Shown: piece by piece, positions 56,376 to 64,000 of the stretch
How positions within the stretch are numbered: the stretch's first letter is position 1
Layout of the letters: every line of letters begins with the position of its first letter
NCBI GenBank assembly: GCA_963833085.1
Contig: CAWHWV010000008.1
Span: 36,286-100,285 of the forward strand
DNA length: 64,000 nucleotides
Reading direction: 5' to 3'
Origin: an uncultured Pseudomonadota bacterium
GTDB taxonomy: Bacteria > Pseudomonadota > Gammaproteobacteria > Steroidobacterales > Steroidobacteraceae
The notes under the pieces: model-generated
The model's database searches: none
What the model was told of the DNA's origin: nothing
What the model saw: the letters and a program-made list of their open reading frames with translations, nothing else
Position numbers and translations under genes: made by a program

Positions 56376-56969
56376 GTGTCCGCGATGTGCTGCACGAGAG
56401 GATCGGCTCTCGTGACCAGCGACAGAGCCCGCTCACGATTGCCGACCATTACCGTGCGCCTCTCGCCGGAGGAGAAGCGGCGGTTCGCCGAGTTGGCGGC
56501 AAGCCGCGGGCTCTCGGAATGTGCACTGGCCGTAGTCACGCTCCGCGCATTGCTGGCGCCGGGCACATCCTCCGTACTCAATATCCCGAGCGCGTCGCGC
56601 CGTGAGGCAGCGACGGACCGGATCACCATACGTTTGCGGCCAGGGGATGGCGCAGCCCTCGAGGCCCGTGCGGCCCGGCGGCGGATGAAGACCTCCACCT
56701 ACCTTGCGGCGCTGGTGCGCTCCCATATCGCCGCCGATACGGTTCTCACGGCCGACGAGCTCGAGACCGTTAAGCAAGCCGTCGTCGTGCTTGCAGGGGT
56801 AGGGCGGGTCCTCTCCCGGATCGCCCGCTGTGGCAGCCAGGAAGGCTCTCTGTCGCCCGAGGTGCGCCAGGCCTTGGCACAGACCCGCTCCGTCGTTGCG
56901 GCTGTAGAGCAGCGCACAAGCGATTTGGCGCGGGCGGCACTTCGGAGCTGGGAGTCACGGTATGAGTAG
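56376..56969 (+). CDS. MobC-like relaxosome accessory protein (two RHH units)
   Basis: ITVRLSPEEKRRFAELAASRGLSE…, ITIRLRPGDGAALEARAARRRMKTSTYLAALVRSHI and …LAGVGRVLSRIAR. The start is uncertain. Confidence 0.65.
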   Translation: MSAMCCTRGSALVTSDRARSRLPTITVRLSPEEKRRFAELAASRGLSECALAVVTLRALLAPGTSSVLNIPSASRREAATDRITIRLRPGDGAALEARAARRRMKTSTYLAALVRSHIAADTVLTADELETVKQAVVVLAGVGRVLSRIARCGSQEGSLSPEVRQALAQTRSVVAAVEQRTSDLARAALRSWESRYE

Positions 56970-57991
56970 GCGACCGTTTCGTTTGCCGACTGATGAGCCT
57001 CCATTTCTCGAGGTGGCTAGTCTCGGCCGCTCGGGACCGCCTGGGACCACGCGGCTCAGCCCGGCGCAAATCGAACAAATCAGGCGGACCATGAGAAGGA
57101 CGCCGGAGGTGATGGTGAAGGTCACTGGCGGTGGAACGAATGCCGGCAGCCGTTGCCGCGCATTTCGCCTACATCAGCCGGAGGGGGAAGCTCGAGATCG
57201 AGACGGACGAGGGTGAACGGATTGCCGGCACAGATGCGCAGCGGACGTTTCTGGCAGCCTGGCACCTCGAGCTGTCCGCGGGGCAGTATCGTGGTCCTCG
57301 TGACCAGCGTGCTGACGCCCGGGAAGCCAAGCTGGTCCACAAAATTGTGCTGTCGATGCCGGCGCCGACCCCACCGGAGAAGGTGCTCGCTGCAGCCCGC
57401 GCGTTCGCCAGAGAGAAGTTCGGGGTCCGGCACCGCTATGCAATGGCGTTGCACACGGACCAGGCCCACCCTCACGTCCATCTTGTCGTGAAAGCCGAAG
57501 ACGAGTACGGAAGGCGCCTGCACATCGACAAGCCCATGCTGAGGGAATGGCGCGAGGACTTCGCGCGGACCATGAGAGAGCAGGGGATCGCCGCGAACGC
57601 GACACCACGCGTCATTCGCGGCCGGAACAAAGGCAAAGCGCGCGACGGAGCCTTCCGTGCTCAGCGCCGGGGGAAGTCGAGCGCGATCCGCGCAAAGGTA
57701 ACGATGATAGCGACCGAGCTGGCAAAGAACGGCCGCTTCAGCGAGCCGGCCCGAGCCAAACTCGTCGAAACACGAAAGGCCGTCGTCGCGAACTGGATGA
57801 AGATCGCGGACACGCTGGACCGACAAGGCGAGGTGATTCTCGCCGGAGACGTACGGTACTTCGCGAAGCACCTTCCGCCGGCTCTCACGGATACGGAGAG
57901 ATTGGCCGCGAAATTCGCTCAGCATTTGGCATCGTCTCGGGAAGCACCCCGAGCACGTCAGACTCCCGACGTCGATGCGCCCGTCCGATAA
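56962..57991 (+). pseudogene. MobA/VirD2-family relaxase with a frameshift
   Basis: The first frame gives …PEVMVKVTGGGTNAGS. From about 57140-57150 the sensible continuation AVAAHFAYISRRGKLEIETDEG…HTDQAHPHVHLVV is in the 57131 frame. 1030 nt is 3n+1. Confidence 0.75.
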
Positions 57992-58049
57992 CAGCGTGCG
58001 GCGTCGACCCGCAACACATACCAAGCCCTCGCCACCTCATAAAGACAAA

Positions 58050-58068
58050 CCCCGCCACTCGGGCGGGG
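58050..58068 (+). terminator. hairpin downstream of the relaxase (weak terminator)
   Basis: CCCCGCC-ACTCG-GGCGGGG followed by TTCGT. The U-tract is poor. Confidence 0.3.
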
Positions 58069-58301
58069 TTCGTACGCCGATCCTCTTGGTTATCCCACAC
58101 TTGATGCGGACCCTTGCGGGCGGGCAGTCGCGCTATCGGCTATTGCGGCACGGGAATCAATGTAATGCTGAAAGAATGGCAATTCAAGAGAAGAGCCTTG
58201 CGGTCCATTCTGCATCACACGTCAGGGTGCCAGAACTACTAGAGCCGCGCTGCGTGCACGAGATGTAAGCCAGGCTTGATTAGTCCACCCAACTTAGCTA
58301 A

Positions 58302-58977
<676 letters not shown>

Positions 58978-59303
58978 TCTTCGGGCTCACATAACTGGCG
59001 CGCTGGATCTGATCAAACAAAATGGCACAGAAGTTCTGCCATGAGAAAGCCCCGTCAAACTTCATACTGAAAATACGTGACAGATGCTGGAGTCAGTCTG
59101 CGCCGCATTGCAACATCGAGGATGGCGATGTACCAGAAGCTCATTTGTGTTCTGGTTCGCAGCTTTGAGCTCTCCCCTGTAGACATAACCCCACACGTGG
59201 GTGTAATAAGTAGCGCCTCGAGGGCGTATATTTGGCGTTGGGCAGAGGCCGGACGTGGACCGCAACTGGGGCAGGGCCGTTTAAAATAAGGAAGAGGGCG
59301 TAC

Positions 59304-60491
59304 GTGACTTTGATATCACCGGGAGGTCGGCTTCCGTGGCACTCAGCGCCACGGCGATGGGGACACAGATTGCACTCGCAATGTTCCTACATGGCAATGT
59401 TCCCACCCGCATTGCCGCATTTCCTCATCCGGTGGCTCACGGACCCTGGAGAGGTGGTTTACGACCCATTCAGCGGTCGCGGGACGGTCCTTCTTGAAGC
59501 CGGATTGCTTAAGCGAATCCCGATCGGTTCCGATGCCAATCCGCTGGCCTGGATTCTCAGCGCATCAAAAGCCTCGCCTCCAGACCGCAAAAGTGCCCTA
59601 AGGCGCATAGCTGAACTCGAAAAGACCAAGCCCCTCCGGGGCCTGAGCGACGTGCCAGCACACATCCGGCAGCTTTTTGACCCTGGAGTACTCGCACAAC
59701 TATTGGCGATTCGGAGAGATCTGCGGCCAGCGCGTACAGTAGACCGGTTTCTCCTCGCCACCCTTTGCGGAATTCTTCACGCCAATGCTCGGAAGGACGG
59801 CACACCTCGCGGCCTAACGGTAGCGATGCCGAACACTTTCTCCATGTCTCCGCGCTACGTTGCTAACTATATAAAGGACAAGAACCTGCGGCCACCGCAG
59901 GTCGACGTCGTGGAGGCTCTCGAAGGGCGCGTCAAGGATCTTCTGATGTCCGCCCCGATTCAAACCCACGGCGCTGCTTGGCTGGGCGACGCACGTGACA
60001 CGAGCTATTGGCCCCAGCGGACGCCTAAGGCATCACTAATACTCACATCCCCGCCTTACTTGCGCGTGATGAAATACGGGAAGATGAACTGGATTCGCGC
60101 TTGGTTGATTGGATCAGACCCTCATTTAATCGACGGAAGACTCTTCGCGTCCACCTCACTCCAGCGGTATATCGATTTCATGAGGCAAGTTCTCGTCGCT
60201 CTACGCAGAAAACTTCGTCCGGACGGCCGTATCTGTCTTGTGATTGGGGACGTGCGGGAACGTGAGGGCAATAGAAACCTGGCCGCCGCCGTTATTCGCC
60301 ATTGCTTGCCGCACACAGACCTACGAGTCCAAACCATACTCGCAGACCGCCTACCCGTTGAGCATAAAGTGAGCCGAATCTGGGGAGACACTAGGGGACA
60401 GGCGACAAGTATCGACCGCGTAATTGTCTTAGGCGGCCCCAAGGCGGGAGAGTTACCAGACGCACCCGCGATCGATTGGGCGACCGCATGA
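59304..60491 (+). CDS. DNA methyltransferase (N4-C or N6-A; motif I before motif IV)
   Basis: The GTG at 59304 follows an AGGAAGAGGG RBS. …MFPPALPHFLIRWLTDPGEVVYDPFSGRGTVLLEA is the AdoMet motif, and …LILTSPPYLRV is the catalytic (S/D)PPY motif about 200 aa later. Confidence 0.85.
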   Translation: MTLISPGGRLPWHSAPRRWGHRLHSQCSYMAMFPPALPHFLIRWLTDPGEVVYDPFSGRGTVLLEAGLLKRIPIGSDANPLAWILSASKASPPDRKSALRRIAELEKTKPLRGLSDVPAHIRQLFDPGVLAQLLAIRRDLRPARTVDRFLLATLCGILHANARKDGTPRGLTVAMPNTFSMSPRYVANYIKDKNLRPPQVDVVEALEGRVKDLLMSAPIQTHGAAWLGDARDTSYWPQRTPKASLILTSPPYLRVMKYGKMNWIRAWLIGSDPHLIDGRLFASTSLQRYIDFMRQVLVALRRKLRPDGRICLVIGDVREREGNRNLAAAVIRHCLPHTDLRVQTILADRLPVEHKVSRIWGDTRGQATSIDRVIVLGGPKAGELPDAPAIDWATA

Positions 60492-60507
60492 CGCAGGTAA
60501 ATTCCAG

Positions 60508-62439
60508 ATGAGCGATATTACCGAGAAGTTACGGGCCCTTGCTTCCACCAATATTTTTAAGGATGGCAGAGATCCTGAGACCTTCATAGGGAGGCCGTTC
60601 TACTTTGATTACGGGACTGTGAAGGTCCTTGTGAACGATAAGTGGAAACACCGAGCAGGAGGTATCCCTGCCGGGACGTTCTTGCTGTGCTCATATGACA
60701 GCGAAGCGGGCGTTGAGGAAATGGTTCTAGTGCGGGTACTTGGGCCGACAGCACTACCAACCGACTCCGACGTCGTCGCGTCTATGGTCGAGCATTACAA
60801 AGAAGACCAGCCGCCCGGCGGTTCCACAGGAAAGCCGCTCGATAGCTTCACTCGATATGAATTCATGTTTTCCGGATTAGAGTGCCGCGTCCTTGGTACG
60901 TACTATTATCAGAACGACAAAACAGTCTTCGGAGCGGACGTCGAGAACTTCTACAGCGCTCATAACTACTCCGTCTATAAGCCGAAAGGGAAAGTACTCG
61001 AATATATTGTGAATTTTCGCGAGGGAGACGGGATACCTGGTGGGCCGGATCAAGTTCGCCTTGGCAGCGTGAGATATAGTGCTTCTCGGCGTTTCGGCAT
61101 GGGCCCCGACGTTCCCATATACGTCTCACCCCTCGATTTCGTCGGAAAACGAACGGCGCTTTTCGGAATGACCCGAACGGGTAAGTCCAATTCGGTAAAA
61201 AAGATCATCGAGTCAGTAAAGGAGTTGTCTGCGAAGGACGTCAACGGTCCAGATGCGCGTCCCCTAAGGGCGGTTGGGCAAATCATCTTCGACATTAACG
61301 GGGAGTATGCGAACGCCAATCAGCAGGATGAGGGAACTGCAATATTCGAGATGTTTAAGGCGGAGACGACGCGCTACTCGTTACTTGAAAAGCCGGGTTT
61401 CCAGGTTATGAAATTGAATTTCTACCGAGATCTCGAAGCCGGCTTTGGACTCATTCAGAGCCTGCTTGCCGAAGAAACTGGTGATTACGTCAAGAGTTTC
61501 TTGGCGATTGAGCTGTCGGAGCCGGAGGAAGGCGACAAAGCAGTCGCGGTCAGGCGCAATCGGGTAATCGCTGCGTATAAGGCGATACTCTATCGGGCAG
61601 GCTTTGCACCGGATGGCCAGAAGGTCAAATTCGAAGGGAACAAGGACATCAATGCGATCGCTGGAGGGAAGGACCCTTCAAACGGGCTCACCTACGGAGA
61701 AGCCGCCGATTGGTTTTCTGCAATCTGGGACGCCTACGACGATGATCCGTACTTCGCAAATTATCGGCGAACAAAGGGGAAGGAGTGGGCCGACGAAGAT
61801 CTGAAAGCCGCCCTAAAGATGCTAACCAGAAAGACGAAACCAGGGGGAACCGCGAGCGTCTCCGGTTATACGAAGCTACGCAAATTCAAGGACTATCATT
61901 CGCCGACAAACGAATCGTCATTCGAGTCTGACATTGTAGGCAAGCTTCGAGCTGGCGCCATCGTTATTGTTGATTTGTCGCAGGGCGACCCACAATTACA
62001 GAGGACTTACTCTGAGCGAATCTGTCGCAGGATCTTTGGCGATGCCATGGAGCGGTTCATCGGCAATGAGGCGGCGAACTACATTCAGTTGTACTTCGAA
62101 GAAGCCCATAATCTCTTCCCGAAGAAGGACGACAAGGATCTGAGCCAAATCTACAACCGATTGGCCAAGGAGGGTGCGAAGTTGAGACTTGGACTCGTGT
62201 ACGCGACCCAGGAGGTAAGCTCGATCTCTAGCAACGTTCTGAAGAATACACAGAACTGGTTCGTTTCCCATCTAAACAATCAAGATGAACTCAAAGAGGT
62301 GCAGAAATTCTACGATTTCGAGGATTTCGTTGACAGTCTCCGACGCGCACCCGATCGTGGCTTCATCCGGATGAAGACCTATTCCAACGCCTTCATAGTG
62401 CCGGTTCAAATAGATCGGTTTCAAGCAAAGACGCTTTAG
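60508..62439 (+). CDS. HerA-like (DUF87/FtsK-HerA superfamily) ATPase
   Basis: An N-terminal barrel-like region (GRPFYFDYGTVKVLVND…MVLVRVLG), Walker A GMTRTGKS (61165-61188), Walker B/DEAH-like IQLYFEEAHNLFP, and LGLVYATQEVSSIS…NWFVSHLNNQDE. Confidence 0.8.
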   Translation: MSDITEKLRALASTNIFKDGRDPETFIGRPFYFDYGTVKVLVNDKWKHRAGGIPAGTFLLCSYDSEAGVEEMVLVRVLGPTALPTDSDVVASMVEHYKEDQPPGGSTGKPLDSFTRYEFMFSGLECRVLGTYYYQNDKTVFGADVENFYSAHNYSVYKPKGKVLEYIVNFREGDGIPGGPDQVRLGSVRYSASRRFGMGPDVPIYVSPLDFVGKRTALFGMTRTGKSNSVKKIIESVKELSAKDVNGPDARPLRAVGQIIFDINGEYANANQQDEGTAIFEMFKAETTRYSLLEKPGFQVMKLNFYRDLEAGFGLIQSLLAEETGDYVKSFLAIELSEPEEGDKAVAVRRNRVIAAYKAILYRAGFAPDGQKVKFEGNKDINAIAGGKDPSNGLTYGEAADWFSAIWDAYDDDPYFANYRRTKGKEWADEDLKAALKMLTRKTKPGGTASVSGYTKLRKFKDYHSPTNESSFESDIVGKLRAGAIVIVDLSQGDPQLQRTYSERICRRIFGDAMERFIGNEAANYIQLYFEEAHNLFPKKDDKDLSQIYNRLAKEGAKLRLGLVYATQEVSSISSNVLKNTQNWFVSHLNNQDELKEVQKFYDFEDFVDSLRRAPDRGFIRMKTYSNAFIVPVQIDRFQAKTL

Positions 62440-62440
62440 T

Positions 62441-63778
62441 ATGGGATATAGTCAGGTAAAGGGACGGAAGCCATTCGAACGTGCCAGCAAGATTGCCCAC
62501 GCCGAGATCCTGAACAATCCCGACGTGCGCGAGTTCGTCGCTCATTGCGTGCTCCCATCTGCGCCGGATCAAGGACACTTAGAAGCGTTGCAAAAGCGCG
62601 TCCCGGAGGCAGAGACTAGGATTCGATCCGTTATCGCTGTCGATGGCGGGATGACGGAAGTCCCGGTTCGAAAGGAGTTTCCAAGCGCGGCTTTTGCTTT
62701 TATGACCTTTGGGCCTCTTTGGCTAGAACTTCGAGACTTGCAGGAACTTGACCGACAGCCGTTCATCGGTCCCGAAGACATGGCCCGGTTGAAGAACCTC
62801 ACGCGGTACAGCTTTCCGGTGCCGGCAAAGTGCATCAGAGCGGGAGACGGCTCAAGCTTCAGTCACGGAGTCCGCAAAACAATCCACGAGTTTTTGACGA
62901 TAAGACACAAGGATCTTGGTCAGGCTCTTGCGTGGCTCCTATTCAGAGGCTGGCAGCCGCACTCGCAATCTCCCAGATGGGTTGTTCCCCAGTGTCCAAG
63001 TGCTGGTTGCGACGGAGTACAGATCACGTTTCAGGCTGGCGGGCCTACGGAAATTTCGTGCCCCGGTTGTGGTTCGCCAGCTTATCTGGCCGATGCCCTT
63101 CGTCTTTATGAGCGCATAGACGAAGAGCAGGGCGCGGGCGGCGTCATGGCATATCTGCTGTCAACGCTCGAGCAGCTTGTGCTAGTTCATATCATTCGCA
63201 CCGTTCTGCGAGTGAAACCCACTTTGCTACGGGAGGTACTGCTAATAAAGGACGGCCCTCTTGCTTTCTTTGGCGTCGTTGCGCCGCTTCGGAAGCCGAT
63301 GCAGGAGCTCATGAGTTATCTGTCAGACAAAGACAATGGGCGACCATCAATTTGTCTCGTCGGCCTAGAAAAGAGCGGAGCGTTCGTCGAACACGCAACC
63401 CTCATCGAACCAGCGCTCAAGCCAGGGCATTGCTTATTGCTCAGCAATGATTACATCTATAAGTACATCCAGCCAGGAGATCCCACCGGAAGTCCGTTCG
63501 GGCACAACACCTACTATGGCGCGAAGCTGATCTTCAAGAGCGCCCGTGGCGACGTATACGTGGCTACTATCCCCACAATACAGTCTTCCTCGAGCCCCCA
63601 GATGGCAGACTTGATGAACGGGCCGGAGGTCCTGCATGTGACTGGTGAATTGCGCTGCTCCATGTATGACCATGCGTTGGTCCCGGTCGTCCTTGCCAAC
63701 CGCTTGGTTTCCTTGGCGGATGTTCCGAGTTCCGAAATATTGGCACGTTTTGCCCGCTCGGCAGTCGCACCCGCTTAA
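62441..63778 (+). CDS. NurA-like nuclease with an inserted Cys4 zinc ribbon
   Basis: It starts 1 nt after the ATPase stop. It carries SVIAVDGGMTEV (the NurA 'DG[ST]' block), LLIKDGPLAFFG, VGLEKSGAFVEH and CPSAGC…CPGC (62993-63070). Confidence 0.55.
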   Translation: MGYSQVKGRKPFERASKIAHAEILNNPDVREFVAHCVLPSAPDQGHLEALQKRVPEAETRIRSVIAVDGGMTEVPVRKEFPSAAFAFMTFGPLWLELRDLQELDRQPFIGPEDMARLKNLTRYSFPVPAKCIRAGDGSSFSHGVRKTIHEFLTIRHKDLGQALAWLLFRGWQPHSQSPRWVVPQCPSAGCDGVQITFQAGGPTEISCPGCGSPAYLADALRLYERIDEEQGAGGVMAYLLSTLEQLVLVHIIRTVLRVKPTLLREVLLIKDGPLAFFGVVAPLRKPMQELMSYLSDKDNGRPSICLVGLEKSGAFVEHATLIEPALKPGHCLLLSNDYIYKYIQPGDPTGSPFGHNTYYGAKLIFKSARGDVYVATIPTIQSSSSPQMADLMNGPEVLHVTGELRCSMYDHALVPVVLANRLVSLADVPSSEILARFARSAVAPA

Positions 63779-63925
63779 TGACTGGAGTAAGCAACACTGT
63801 TTCCTCGCGGCCGAGTCACTGTGCACATTCGGGCACGTGGTCTGACAGCAGCCGGAGAGCCCACAAGAATCTGCAAAGCATCGAGGCAATAGCTTCAGCG
63901 ACTCAGTGAGCCCACGGAGACAGGA

Positions 63926-64000
63926 ATGAGTCCCTTTAAACAGGTATCCACCAAAAAGAAAGACTACCGTACGCCGCTTGAGCTGTTCCCGGATCTTCGC
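63926..64000 (+). CDS. 5' end of a further gene (truncated by the window edge)
   Basis: GGAGA lies 8 nt upstream of the ATG, giving MSPFKQVSTKKKDYRTPLELFPDLR…. It is on the same strand as the MTase-HerA-NurA genes. Confidence 0.3.
   Translation, partial: MSPFKQVSTKKKDYRTPLELFPDLR

Overview
A 64 kb window of high-GC, Gram-negative-type chromosomal DNA (TonB-dependent receptor, MipA, lipoproteins, bfd-bfr, HiPIP). It is gene-dense and mostly accessory in character. Recognisable content, in order:
- a partial DJ-1/PfpI gene, then bfr and bfd
- a MarR-GNAT fusion
- tRNA-Cys followed by decayed, island-like DNA
- an MFS DHA2 exporter
- an NRPS adenylation-domain remnant followed by two FtsX-type permeases
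- a TonB receptor with a lipoprotein
- two LuxR-type response regulators, one in an operon with a sensor kinase and a GGDEF/EAL protein
- an M13 peptidase
- LemA-GIDE
- a 1-Cys peroxiredoxin
- HiPIP
- MipA
- AlkB
- a PP2C/Ser-Thr kinase fusion
- Amt with a sigma-54-type promoter
- GH115 with an SGNH esterase
- an atypical tRNA-Ile-like gene
- an SPFH protein
- an amino-acid permease with an AruH/AruI-like gene pair
- a LuxR/AAA regulator

From about 54.2 kb to the window end the DNA looks more AT-rich by eye. This stretch holds toxin-antitoxin debris, an excisionase-like HTH gene, MobC, a relaxase, Phd-VapC, and a tight three-gene operon: DNA methyltransferase, HerA-like ATPase and NurA-like nuclease. 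That operon is my best candidate for an undescribed, methylation-linked defence system.

Five otherwise recognisable genes are disrupted, four by frameshifts and one by an in-frame TAG. All four frameshifts have the same sign, so this is either real gene decay or systematic assembly indels. I saw no rRNA, CRISPR array, transposase or integrase. All calls come from reading the ORF translations and the DNA by eye; no database search was run.
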